In this document: positions 1-12,850 of the stretch, piece after piece
Layout: each line of letters begins with the position of its first letter
Position numbering within the stretch: position 1 is the first letter of the stretch
Source: the human T2T-CHM13v2.0 reference genome, Homo sapiens
Strand: one strand, 5' to 3'
Assembly: GCF_009914755.1 (NCBI RefSeq)
Contig: NC_060929.1
Length of the DNA: 64,000 nucleotides
The notes under the pieces: model-generated
What the model saw: the letters and a program-made list of their open reading frames with translations, nothing else
Databases searched by the model: none
What the model was told of the DNA's origin: nothing
Translations under genes and position numbers: made by a program

Positions 1-1519
1 TTTTTATTGCTGAATAATATTGCATTGTATAGATATGCCACATTTTGTATATCTGTTTATTGATAATTTAGTTTACACTTTGGGATTATTATAAATAATG
101 CTGCTATGAACATTCATATATAAGTTTTTGTATGCACATATTTCATTTCTGTTGGGCATATATTCAGGAGTCGAATCTGTGTCATATGACGGCACTATGT
201 TTAATTTTTGGAGAAATGCCAAACTGCTCACCAAAAGCTATTTCACCACTTTACATTCCTACTAGCAATGTGTGAGTGTATCGGTGAGCTTTTAGAGTCC
301 CTTATATATTCCATATACTATTTCTTTTCAAATGTGGTTGGCAAATATTTTTACTCAGTTTATATCTTATTTTTTCCACCTCTTAATATGGTCTTTGACA
401 GAAGACTTTAATTTTGATGAAATCCAGTTTATAATTTTTTCCTTTTATAGGCCATGCTTTTATAGTCAAGTTTTAGAACTCCTTGCCTAGCCTTAGATTT
501 CGAATATTTCCTCTATGTGTTTTTCAAAACTTTTTAGTTTTATATTTTACATTTAAGGTTGTGATCCATTTTGAATTAATAAACATATAAGTTGTCTGAC
601 AGGTAGAGTTTCATTCTTTTTCCTTATGGATGTCCAATTGCTTCAGCACCTTTTCTTGAAAAGGCTGTCTTTCCTAGTCTATTGAAATGCCTTTCCATCT
701 TTAGCAAACATCAGCCAGGCAAATATATGTAAGTCTCTTTGTGGTTCTCTAGTCTGTTCCATTGATCTACAAATGTATCCCCTTGTGAATACTACACAGT
801 CTTGTAGTTGTATAAGTGAAATTTCAGAGCCTCATTCCTTCTTTATTATTTCCCAAAATTCTTTTAGCTATTCCAGTTCCTTTGCCTTAACATATAATTT
901 TATATATATATATAAAATTTATATACATATACTCTTGTCTATATCTAAAAATAGTCTTGCTGATACTATTTGCCTATTTTTGGTAGAAGTTTTGTTAAAG
1001 CTATATATCAATTTGAAAAGAACTGACATCTTTACCATGTTGAATCATCCAATCTATGAAAATGGTGTGTCTCTAAGTTTATAATATTCTTTGATTTTTT
1101 TCCATCAGCATTTTGTAGTTTTCATTATACAAGTCCTGCACACATTTTGTTAGATTTACATCAAAATATTTTCTTTTGAGTGATTATAAATGGTATTTTA
1201 CTTTTAATTTTGGGTCCATGGACTCACTGATGGTATATAAAAATAAAATTGTTTTTTGTTTATCTCATATCTGTCAACATTGCTGAACTTGCTTATTAGC
1301 TGTAGAAATTTTTTGTGTAGATTCCTTGGAATTTTCCACATAGACCGTTGTGATATATGCAAATCAGAGCAATTTTATTTCCTCTTTTTCAGTCTGCCTT
1401 TTATTGTATCTTCTCACCTTATTGCACTGGCTAGCACTCCATTGAATTAGAAGAGTAAGAGCAAATATCCTTACTTTGTTCCTAATCTTAGGGGTACAGC
1501 ATTCAGTTTTTTACTATTA
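1..1519 (-). mobile_element. Old, highly diverged L1 (L1M-type) 3'/ORF2 remnant; host of the younger L1PA
   Basis: T-rich sequence resembling antisense L1 ORF2/3' end. It continues in register on the far side of the L1PA (8024-8165: ...ctattaagtg...gttgagaaaattccc...catgaatgggttttgaatt...). Confidence 0.75.
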
Positions 1520-1747
1520 TATTTTTATTTTTTATTATACTTTAAGTTCTGGGGTACATGTGCAGAATGTGCAGGTTTGTTACATAGGTATATACATGTG
1601 CTATGGTGGTTTGCTGCACCCATCAACCCATCAACCCATCATCTATGTTAGGTATTTCTCCTAATGCTATCCTCCCCTAGCTCCCCACCCCCTGACCGGC
1701 CCTGGTGTGTGATATTCCCCTTCCCTGTGTCCATATGTTCTCACTGT

Positions 1748-4700
1748 TCAACTCCCACTTATGAGTGAGAACATGCAGTGTTTGGTTTTCTGTTCTTGTG
1801 TTAGTTTGCTGAGAATGATGGTTTCCAGCTTCATCTATGTCCCTGCAAAGGACATGAACTCAACCTTTTTTATGGCTGCATAGTATTCCATGGTGGATAT
1901 GTGCCACGTTTTCTTTATCCAGTCTATCATTGATGGGCATTTGGGTTGGTTCCAAGTCTTTGCTATTGTGAACAGTGCTGCAATAAACATACACATGCAT
2001 GTGTCTTTATAGTAGCATGATAGATAATCCTTCGGGTATATACCCAGTAATGGGATCGCTGGGTCAAATGGTATTTCTAGTTCTAGATTGTTGAGGAATC
2101 ACCACACTGTCTTCCACAATGGTTGAACTAATTTGCACTCCCAGCAACAGTGTAAAAGAGTTCCTATTTCTCCACATCCTCCCCAGCATCTGTTGTTTCC
2201 TGACTTTTTAATGATCTCCATTCTAACTGGCATGAGATGGTATCTCGTTGTGGTTTTGATTTACATTTCTCTAATGACCAGTGATGATGAGCTTTTTTTC
2301 ATGTTTGTTGGCTGCATAAATGTCTTCTTTTGAAAAGTGTCTGTTCGTATCCTTTGCCCACTTTTTGATGGAGTTGTTTGTTTTTTTCATGTTAGTTTGT
2401 TTAAGTTCTTTGTAGATTCTGGATATTAGCCCTCCATCAGATGGATAGATTGCAAAAAGTTTTCTCCCATTCTATAGGTTGTCTGTTCACTCTAATGATA
2501 GTTTCTTTTGCTGTGCAGAAGCTCTTTAGTCTAATTAGATCCCATTTGTCAATTTTGGCTTTTATTGCCATTGCTTTTTGTGTTTTAGTCATGAAGTCTT
2601 TCCCCATACCTATGTAGTGAATGATATTGCCTAGGTTTTCTTCTTTGGTTTTTATGGTTTTAGGTCTAACATTTAAGTCTTAAATCCATCTTGAGTTAAT
2701 TTTTGTATAAGGTGTAAGGAAGGGGTCCAGTTTCAGTTTTCTGCATATGGCTAGCCAGTTTTCCCAGCACTATTTATTAAATAGGGAATCCTTTCCCCAT
2801 TGCTTGTTTTTGTCAGGTTTCTCAAAGGTCAGATGGTTATAGATGTGTGGTGTTATTTCTGAGGACTCTATTCTGTTCCATTGGTCTATATATCTGTTTT
2901 GGTACCAGTACCATGCTGTTTTGGTTACTATAGCCTTGTAGTATAGTTTGAAGTCAGGTAGCGTGAGGCCTCCAACTTTGTTCTTTTTGCTTAGGATTTT
3001 TTTGGCTATGTGGGCTCTTTTTTGGTTCCATATGAAATTTAAAGTATTTTTTCTAATTCTGTGAAGAAAGTCAATGGTAGCTTGATGGGAACAGCATTGA
3101 ATCTATAAATTACTTTGGGCAGTATGGCCATTTTCATGATATTGATTCTTCCTATCCATGAGCATGGAATCTTTTTCCATTTGTTTCTGTCCTCTCTTAT
3201 TTCCTTGAGCAGTTGTTTGTAGTTCTCCTTGAAGAGGTCCTTCACATCCCTTGTAAGTTGTATTCCTAGATATTTTATTCTCTTAGTAGCAATTGTGAAT
3301 GGGAGTTCACTCATGATTTGGCTCTCTGTCTCTTATTGATATATAGGAATGCTTGTGATTTTTGCATGTTGATTTTGTATCCTGAAACTTTGCTGAAGTT
3401 GTTTATCAGCTTAAGGAGATTTTGGGCTGAGACGATGGGGTTTTCTAAATATACAATCATGTCATCTGCAAACAGAGACAATTTGACTTCCTCTCTTCCT
3501 TTTTGAATACCCTTTATTTCTTTCTCTTGCCTGATTGCCCTGGCCAGAACTTCCAATACAATGTTGAATAGGAGTGGTGAGAGAGGGCATCCTTGTCTTG
3601 TGCCAGTTTTCAAAGGGAATGCTTCCAGCTTTTGCCCATTCAGTATGATATTGGCTGCGGGTTTGTCATAAATAGCTCTTATTATTTTGAGATACATTCC
3701 ATCAATACCTAGTTTATTGAGAATTTTTAGCATGAAGGGCTGTTGAATTTTGTCAAAGGCCTTTTCTGCATCTGTTGAGATAATCATGTGGTTTTTGTCA
3801 TTGGTTCTGTTTATGTGATGGATTATGTTTATTGATTTGCATATGTTGAACCAGCCTTGCATCCCAAGGATGAAGCTGATTTGGTTGTGGTAGATAAGCT
3901 TTTTGATGTGCTGCTGGATTTGGTTTGCCAGTATTTTATTGAGGATTTTTGCATAGATGTTCATCAGAGATATTGGCCTGAAATTTTCTGGTTTTGTTGT
4001 GTCTCTGTTAGGTTTTCGTATCAGGATGATGCTGGCCTCATAAAATGAGTTAGGGAGGATTCCCTCTTTTTCTATTGTTTGGAATAGTTTGAGAAGGAAT
4101 GGTACCAGCTCCTCTTTGTACCTCTGGTAGAATTTGGCTGTGAATCCATCTGGTCCTGGACTTTTTTTGGTTGGTAGGCTATTAATTGCTGCCTCAATTT
4201 CAGAACTTGTTATTGTTCTATCTGGGGATTTGACTTCTTCCTGGTGTAGATTTGGAAGAGTGTATTGTTCAGGAAGTTATTCATTTCTTCTAGATTTTCT
4301 AGCTTATTTGCATAGCGGTGTTTATAATATCCTCTGATAGTAGTTTGTATTTCTGTGGGATCAGTGGTGATATCCTCTTTGTCATTTTTTATTGCGTCTA
4401 TTTGATTCTTCTCTCTTCTTTATTTGTCTTGCTAGTGGTCTATCTATTCTGTTGATCTTTTCAGAAAAACAGCTCCTGGATTCATTGATTTTTTGAAGGG
4501 TTTTCCGTATCTCTGTCTCCTTCAGTTCTGCTCTGATCTTTGTTATTTCTTGTCTTCTGCTAGCTTTTGAATTTGCTTGCTCTTGCTTCTCTAGTTCTTT
4601 TAATTGTGATGTTAGAGTGTCAATTTTAGATCTTTCCTGCTTTCTCTTGTGGTCATTTAATGCTATAAATTTTCCTCTATACACTGCTTCAAATGTGTCC

Positions 4701-5578
4701 CAGAGATTCTGGTACATTGTGTATTTGTTCTCACTGGTTTCAAATAACTTACTTATTTCTGCCTTAATTTTGTTGTTTACCCAGTAGTCATTCAGGAGCA
4801 GATTGTTGAGTTTCCATGTAGTTATGCGGTTTTGAGTGAGTTTCTTAATCCTGAGTTCTAATTTGATTGCCCTGTGGTCTTAGAGACTGTTTATTATGAT
4901 TTCCATTCTTTTGCATTCACTGAGGAGTGTTTTACTTCCAATTATGTGGTCAATTTTAGAATAAGTGCAAGGTGGTACTGAGAAGAATGTATATTCTGTT
5001 GACTTAGGGTGGAGAGTTCTGTAGATGTCTACTAGGTCAACTTGGTCCAGAGCTGAGTTCGAATCCTGAATATCCTTGTTAATTTTCTGTCTCATTGATC
5101 TGTCTGATATTGACAGTGGGGTGTTAAAGTCTCCCATTATGATTGTGTGGGAGTCTAAGTCTCTTGGTGGGTTTCTAAGAACTTGCTTTATGAATCTGAG
5201 TGCTCCTGTATTGGGTGCATATATATTTAGGATAGTTAGCTCTTCTTGATGCATTGATCCCTTTATCATTATGTAATGCCCTCCTCTGTCTCTTTTGATC
5301 TTTGTTGGTTTAAGGGATGTTTTGTCAGAGACTAAGATTGCAACCCCTGCTTTTTTTTTTTTTTTTTTTTTTTTGCTTTCCTTTGCTTGGTAAATATTCC
5401 TCCATCCATTTATTTTGAGCCTACATGTGTCTTTGCACATGAGATGGGTCTCCTGAATACAGCACACCGATGGGTCTTGACTCTTTATCCGATTTGCCAG
5501 TCTGTGTCTTTTAATTGGGGCATTTAGCCCATTTACATTTAAGTTTACTATTGTTATGTGTGAGTTTGATCCTGTCAT
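1748..5578 (-). pseudogene. L1 ORF2 (endonuclease/reverse transcriptase), disrupted by stops and frameshifts
   Basis: Fragments 4880-5578 (APE endonuclease), 4382-4717, 3311-3964 (RT: [17 protein letters not shown]) and 3039-3314. Confidence 0.93.
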
Positions 5579-5641
5579 TATGATGCTAGCTGGTTATTTT
5601 ACCCGTTAGTTGGTGCAGTTTCTTCATAGTGTCGATGATCT

Positions 5642-6650
5642 TTACCATTTGGTATGTTTTTGTACTGGCTGGTACCAGTTGTTCCTTTCCATGTTTAGTG
5701 CTTCCTTCAGGAGCTCTTGTAAGGCAGGCTTGCTGTTGACAAAATCTCTCAGCATTTGCGTGTCTGTAAAGGATTTTATTTCTTCTTCACTTATGAAGCT
5801 TAGTTTGGCTGGATATGAATTTCTGGGTTGAAACTTCTTTTAAGAATGTTAAATATTGGCCCCCACTCTCTTCTGGCTTGTAGGTTTTTACTGAGAGATC
5901 TGCTGTTAGTCTGATGGGCTTCCCTTTGTGGGTAACCCAACCTTTCTCTCTGGCTGCCCTTAACATTTATTCCTTCATTTCAATCTTGGTGAATCTGATG
6001 ATTATGTATCTTGGGGTTGCTCTTCTCGAGGCATATCTTTGTGGGGTTCTCTGTATTTCCTGAATTTGAATGTTGGCCTGTCATGTTAGGTTGGGGAAGT
6101 CCTCCTGGATAATATCCTGAAGAGTGTTTTCCAACTTGGTTCCTTTCTCCCCATCACTTTCAGGTACACCAATCAAATGTATATATGGTCTTTTCACATA
6201 GTCCCATATTTCTTGGAAGCTTTGTTTATTCCTTTTCATTCTTTTTTCTCTAATCTTGTCTTCCTGTTTTATTTCATTAAGTTGATCTTCAATCTCTGAT
6301 ATCCTTTCTTACGCTTGATTGATTTGGCTATTGATACTTGTGTATGCTTCACGAAGTTTTCGTGCTGTGTTTTTCAGCTCCATTGGGTCATTTATGTTCT
6401 TTTCTAAACTGGTTATTCTAGTTAACCTTTTGTCAAGGTTCTTAGCTTCCTTGCATTGGGTTAGAACATGCTCCTTTAGCTCAGAGGAGTTTGTTATTAC
6501 CCACCTTCTGAAGCCTACTTCTGTCAATTCATCAAACTCATTCTCTGTCCAATTTTGTTCCCTTGCTGGCAAGGAGTTGTGATCCTTTGGAGGAGAAGAG
6601 GTGTTTTGGTTTTTGGAATTTTCAGCCTTTTTATGCTGGTTTCTTCCCAT
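5642..6650 (-). pseudogene. L1 ORF1p, disrupted
   Basis: ORF 6309-6650 is the ORF1p N-terminal coiled-coil region. The rest is frameshifted or stopped. Confidence 0.9.
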
Positions 6651-8023
6651 CTTCGTGGATTTATCTACCTTTAGTCTTTGATGTTGGTGACCTTCGGAAG
6701 GGGTCTCTGAGTCGATGTCCTTTTTGTTGATGTTGATGTTATTGCTTTCTGTTTGTTTTCCTTCTCATAGTCAGGCCCCTATGCTGCAGGTCTGCTGGAG
6801 TTTACTGGAGGTCCACTCCAGACCCTGTTTGCTTGGGTATCACCAGTGGATGCTGTCGAACAGCAAAGATTGCTGCCTGTTCCTTCCTCTGGAAGCTTCA
6901 TCCCAGAGGGGCACAGCCAGATGCCAGCCAGAGCTCTCCTCTATGAGGTGTCTGTCAGCCCCTGCTGGGCTGTGTCTCCCAGTCAGGAGACACAGGGGTC
7001 AGGGATCCACTTAAAGAGACAGTCTGACCCTTAGCAGAGCTCAAACGCTGTGCTGGGGGATCCGCTGCTCTCTTCAGAGCTGTCAGGCAGGGACGTTTAA
7101 GTCTCCTGAAGCTGTGCCCACAGCCATCCCTTCCCCCAGGTCCTCTGTCCCAGGAAGATGGTGGTTTTATCTACAAGCCCCTGACTGGGGCTCTGCCTTT
7201 TTTCAGAGATGCCCTGCCCAGAGAGGAGGAATCTAGAGAGGCAGTCTGGCTACAGTGGCTTTGTTGAACTTCAGAGGGCTCTGCCCAGTTGGAACTTCCC
7301 AGCAGCTTTGTTTACACTGTGAGGGTAAAACCGCCTACTCAAGCCTTAGTAATGGTGGACGCCCCTCCCCACAACAAGCTCCAGTGGCCCAGGTCAACTT
7401 CAGACTTCTGTGTTGGCAGCAAGAATTTCAATCCAGTGGATCTTAGCTTGCTGGGCTCCATGGCGGTGGGATCTGCTGAGCTAGACCACTTGGGTCCCTG
7501 GCTTCAGACTCCTTTCCAGGGGAGTGAACGGTTCTGTCTTGCTGGCATTCCAGGCACCACTGGGGTATGAAAAAACAAACAAACAAACAAACAAACAAAC
7601 TCCTGCAGCTAGCTTGGTTTCTGCCCAAACGGCCACCCAGTTTTGTGCTTGAAATCCAGGGCCCTAGTGACGTAGGCACCAGAGGGAATCTCCTGGTCTG
7701 CAGTTGTGAAGACTGTGGGAAAAGCGTAGTATCTGGGCCGGAGTTCACCGTTCCTCATAGCACAGCCCCTCATCACTTCCCTTGCCTAGGGGAGGGAGTT
7801 CCCCAACCCCTTGTGCTTCCCAGGTGAGGTGACACCCCACCCTGCTTCTGCTCACCTTCCATGGCCTGTACCCACTGTCTAACCAGTCCCAATGAGATGA
7901 ATGGGGTACCTGTTGGAAATGCAGAAATCACCCACCTTCTGCGTTGATCTCGCTGGGAGCTACAGACCAGAGCTGTTCCTATTCGGCCATCTTGCCAGCA
8001 ATACCCTCAGTCTTTTACTATTA

Positions 8024-8165
8024 AGTGTAATTTTGTAGTTTTTTATAGATGCTTTTTATCCAGTTGAGAAAATTCCCATTTCTATTTTTCTTAGAATTTT
8101 TTTTCATGAATGGGTTTTGAATTCCATCAAATGATTTTTCTGCACTGATCAATATGATCATGTAA
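8024..8165 (-). mobile_element. Continuation of the old L1M ORF2 remnant
   Basis: Diverged antisense L1 RT-region sequence, collinear with 1440-1519. Confidence 0.7.
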
Positions 8166-10154
8166 CTTTTCCTCTGCCCTTTCTAAAGCTGAGTACAGGT
8201 TCTCATTTTCCTTTTTCCTTCCTGACATCCTCTGCCTGATATTCTACCTGCTGCAACTTCTGCTAGGGCACTTTCATCCTTTTCTACTCATTCCAGGTTG
8301 GCTTCTTCCCAGAATAAGAGCTTGGTTTACTCCCTGATACGGCTGATATTTCCCAGCTTTTTTCTTCAACAGGAGCCACCTTCTAATTATGGATTTATTG
8401 TTCATCTTCATGTGAATATTCTGTCTTTATTGAGGTTTATTTTTCTGCACACATCACCTTTACTCCTTATCTATCTCCTTCCCCCATAAGTACTTTTAGT
8501 GCTTCTGCTTCTTTTATCATCTCAGGTAGTTTATTTGTATTCTGGGTACAGGTACTCTGCTCAGCTCCAGTCCTTTTATGCCAAGTTCTTGAAAATGCCA
8601 GCCATCCCAGCTGCCCTGTTATTGTGCCATGATCTTCAACACTTGGAATAGACTCCTCATGACTGAAATTACATGAATTTTTTTTTTTTTTTACCAAAGA
8701 CTATCTCCCAAGAAGATGCTTTATCTGTGATGATTAAAGTTTTCTGCATTCATCATCCCACTCCTGAAGCTTTGGTTTAAATAGGTTTAGTTGTTCCTTT
8801 CATAGTTTTCCCAAAAATTCTGGTCCTGTTTCTCCCGCTAATGCTCAAAGTGAACTTGGCATTTCTACTTGTGTGAGACCCTCCTCAAATTTTCTGTTTA
8901 TAGGAATAAGATGGAAAACATAGCCCCCAGGGCTCATCAAATTGAGCAGTAGCAAGGCTTTCCACATCACACTTTTGTGGGCCATCATACTGACATGCAC
9001 CTACTCTGGAATAGAGAAGATCTTCCTGCCATTTGCTTCCTGACTCCACACAACCCCAGCCCATGGAAGCTGCCTCTGCTCTTGGCCTTCTATCTCTATT
9101 TCTCCTGTACTTACAAGAACAAAATTGGATGCAGGTTGTAGATTTGTTTTTATTTTCTCCTCTCCTCATCTCCCAAAGGACTTTCTGCAGTTGACACACA
9201 ATGTCACCTGTTTGAATTTTTTTTTTCTGCCTTCTTTCCTGTTCCTGCCCCTGCCAGTTCCACCATCTTGACCTTTCCCATATTCTATCTCCTAGGCTGT
9301 CTACCTGGATGATTGCCACAGGCCTGCCACCCTTTCCCATATCCGTCCTTCATTCCTTCACCTCTCATTTAGTGGTCAAGAAAAATGCACAACCGGCACA
9401 CCCACCACTCTGGGAACATGCCTTCCATTCTCATAGCACACCTTTCCAATAGACAAGTAGGTATTATTCTTTCTATACAACAAATGAGAAAAAAATATTG
9501 TCAAGATAAAAGAGCAGCTGGTTAAGAGCAGGGCCAATGCTGCTTCTGACTTCTAGCTAAATCATGTGGGACTGCAGAAAGGGGAAAATCCCTCCCACAT
9601 TAGTCTCCATTTTTCTGCTCAGGTAGTGACTTATGCCTTATCTAATCAGATACTTTCTACGTAAACATCATTGGCTGGCCCAGAGTTATCATCATTAACT
9701 TCCTTAACATAAATAATCATGGATGGAGGAAAGACTGGTAATTCTCAGAATCACTATATGTAACGCTTTCTGTTCTTGACATTTCACTATTAGAAAGAGA
9801 AGTGTCAGGAATACCCATTGGCCTGAGATTATGAAGATGACTGAGGTGGGAGTTGTAGCATTGATGCCTGTTATCAGAAGAAGGTCTTAAGTCAACCAGC
9901 AGGACAAAGTCCCTCTCCCCACTTCACCATAAGAACAAGGAAGATGCAGGCTGACTAGAGAGGATGGAGCCCAGATAACACCGTATCAGAGATGGAGTCA
10001 GGTGTGAGCTTTGAGAATAGCTGCTTCTGTCATGCCTAGAGTTTTGGGACAAAGGCTGTCTCTTTTTATGTCTTACAAAGGCATAGTATGGGACATGGAA
10101 GAACAAAAAGCTGTCACTTCAATTCCTTCCTTCAAAAAGTAAAAGGTCATTTGT

Positions 10155-10391
10155 TTTTGTCCACTATTAGTTTTTCAACAAAACAAGCCAGAGAAGTTTC
10201 TCTGTGTGTAGCTGATAGGTGTCCTTGACCAGGGAGTGGCCTTCTTGCTCAAATTGCCACACCACTTTGGGAGGAAGCTGTGTGGAATAGTGAGGGAGAA
10301 TAGGGACAGCCACCTAACCAGCCAGATTAGTTGAATCAGCCCTGCAGATCAGCACAATGACAGATGTCCCAACCAGATGGTGCACACATCC
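10155..10391 (-). pseudogene. Old 7SK snRNA retropseudogene (possibly the annotated RN7SKP copy near NREP)
   Basis: The minus strand reads GGATGTGTGCACCATCTGGTTGGGACATCTGTCATTGTGCTGATCTGCAGGGCTGATTCAACTAATCTGGCTGGTTAGGTGGCTGTCCC. 7SK reads GGATGTGAGGGCGATCTGGCTGCGACATCTGTCACCCCATTGATCGCCAGGGTTGATTCGGCTGATCTGGCTGGCTAGGCGGGTGTCCC. The 3' boundary is approximate. Confidence 0.88.
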
Positions 10392-10726
10392 ACTTCATAA
10401 ATACACCAAAGAAGTCTGGAATCTAGGGGAAAAAGCTTTTCTGCCATGAGTGCTCCTGCCCAGGAACAATTGGCTGACACCACTCTACTGAAAGTCAGGC
10501 TCAGAGAAACCACAACTTCTCTGCCATGTATGTAGTGGTAAAATCCTGCCCCATGTTTCTTAATTCCCATCTTTGATGCCTGAAATCTCACCATTAGCAC
10601 CCTATTCTTTGGTTTAAGGATTTCTGCTATACAAATACATTTATAAAAACCAAGATAAGAGTTTTCAGTTCTTATGTTGAAAGAATTACATATACTTTTT
10701 GAGAGCAAGTTTACATGTGAGGGAAG

Positions 10727-11172
10727 TGTGGTGGTTAATTTTATCTGTAAACTTGACTGGACCCAGATGTCTGATTAAACATTCTTTTCAGGTGTGTCTG
10801 TGAGAGTGTTTCCGGAAGAGATTAGCATTTGAATTGGTAAACTGAATAAAGCAGATGGCCCTCCCTAGTGTGAGTGGCATTATCCTATCCATTGATAGCT
10901 GAATAGAACAAAAAAGCAGAGGAATTTGGAATCATCTTCCTTCTACCTGACTGAGCTAGGACATCAGTCTTCTGTCATTGGTACTCATGGTTGTCAGGCC
11001 TTCAGACCTGGACTGAAATCTACACCATTGGTTCTCAGGCTTTCAAACACCAACACTAGCTTTCCTGGGTCTCCAGCTTGAAGATGGCAGATCATGGGAC
11101 TTCTCATCTTCCATAATTGTGTGTACCAGTACCTTATAATAAATCTTATTGGTTCTGTTTCTCTGGAGACTA
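10727..11172 (+). mobile_element. MLT2 (ERVL) solo LTR
   Basis: tgtggtggttaattttat...aacttgactgg...gtgtctgtgagagtgtttccggaagagattagcatttgaattgg...ttggttctgtttctctggaga. Confidence 0.85.
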
Positions 11173-11886
11173 CTTTTCTTAGTTTCTAATGTTTCTTCTA
11201 ATACCGTAAGAAAGGTCATGAAAAAAGGGGAAGTTTGAATGGCAAGGTTAGGTTTCCTAAGTGGTAGCATGGAAAAGGTAAAGATTAGCTCTGCCATCCT
11301 GGATAAGATATTTCACTCTGAGCAATTAAACATCCCTCAACTGAGACAAGCATGGTGACCTCACAGTGTTGTGGAAGGCCCATATGTGAAATGATATATA
11401 TCACAACCCCTCAGGTGTCCTGCACATGCAATAAAAGGAAGCAGCTATTTTTCACACCCTTCCTGGGTGCTGCTATCACACTTTTTTAATGTCCCTCTGA
11501 GCTAATTGTCCTCCTCAAGAACTCACATCAAATACCCCCTCATTATCACATCCGACAAAGCAAATCCTAGCTATTAATGACAAATTGGAATGTTCCAGTT
11601 ACCTCTCTGTCCTAGAAAGCAGCACTCCTCTGCTCTGTGATGAACATTTGCTTTTCAGAAACTAGCCCTGGGATTTTAAGGAACGAGCCAGTGAGACAGC
11701 CCCTAAGTAGACCTGATGAGGTTCCTTGCCTACTCCCTTCTCCCAGATATCCAGTTACATTGTCACAAAGCCCAGGGAAAAGAGAAAACAGGAGGTGGTC
11801 TATGGCCCCCAAGAAAAGAAGTGACTGTCGCCCCTTTTTTCAGGGTGCCTGAGACCAGCACTGGGACTAGCACTACAGTTAGGAGC

Positions 11887-12283
11887 TGGTACAGTTTGGC
11901 TCTTTGTCTCTGCCCAAATCTCATGTGGAAATGTAATCTCAGTGTGTTAAAGGTGGGGCCTGGTGGGAGCTGATTGGATCATGGGGGTAATTTGTAATGG
12001 TTTTTCACCATCACCGTTCCCCTAGTGCTGTCTCGTGATAGAGTTCTCACAAGATCTGATGGTTTAAAAGTGTGTGGCACTCGCCTGCTTCACTCTTTCT
12101 CTCTTGTCACCTTTGCCTTTGCCCTTTGCCTTCTACCATAATTGTAAGTTTCCTGAGGCCTTTCAATCATGTTTCCTGTTAAGCCTGCAGAACTGTGAGT
12201 CAATTAATCCACTTTTTTTCATAAATTACCCAATCTCAGGTAGTTCCTTATTACCTGAATTAGTGTGAAAACAGACTAATATA
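11887..12283 (+). mobile_element. MST (MSTA/B) MaLR solo LTR
   Basis: tggtacagtttggctc...cccaaatctcatg...aaattacccaatctcaggtagttc...agactaatata. Degenerate 5-bp TSD ggagc/ggacc. Confidence 0.88.
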
Positions 12284-12813
12284 GGACCCTACTGGAGACG
12301 TGGCTCAGGATTGGGACTACCCGAAGTGATAGGTAGAATAGAGCACCTGGGGCTCTACAGCAGCTGTTTAGACATTAATAGGACTCATAACTCCCTTCTA
12401 CTTAGTTATGTCTTAGAATCCCCTAACAACCACAGCACTATACAGTGTGTTCCTCCAGTGGATGTCTCTGTCATTGATTTCTTCCAGGCCTCAGCTATCA
12501 TTTTTAAAAGGAAGCTGGGTCAGTTGCAAACAAGAGTTTGTGTAAGAGTGCAATAGTGGTGGTGAAAGTCCCAGAAAACCAGTCACAGAAAAACTGCCTA
12601 AAGGAACTGAGGTTGTTAAAAGGACAAGGGGAGCAGGATGTGAAAGGTTATTGCATTGGAGAAAGAGCCAGCTCATTCTGTGCAGCCCTGAGCTCAGCTG
12701 GGACCAATGTGTTGGTGGAAATTAATAGCAGCATTGGGCTCAGAAAGGTTGCAGCTAATAAATAAAGCTGCTCAACTTGAAATCAGCAAATTAATGCATT
12801 CTTAGAATTCTCC

Positions 12814-12850
12814 ACTACACTTGTTCTTAGCCAAAAGGCCAAGAAGCGAT
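12814..12850 (-). pseudogene. 3'-truncated (tailless) U2 snRNA retrocopy, U2 nt 1-37
   Basis: The minus strand reads ATCGCTTCTTGGCCTTTTGGCTAAGAACAAGTGTAGT, 35/37 identical to the U2 5' end. TSD tagaattctc at 12803-12812 and 12851-12860. Confidence 0.92.

Larger units (their letters stand above)
1520..8006 (-). mobile_element. Near full-length (~6.5 kb) LINE-1, L1PA6/L1PA7-like, inactive
   Basis: Poly(A) remnant at 1520-1540, ORF2 and ORF1 fragments in the ORF track (MTGSNSHITI..., [24 protein letters not shown]...), and a 5'UTR start caagatggccgaataggaacagctc at ~7995. TSD tcagt(t/c)ttttactatt(a) at 1503-1519 and 8007-8023. Confidence 0.95.
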
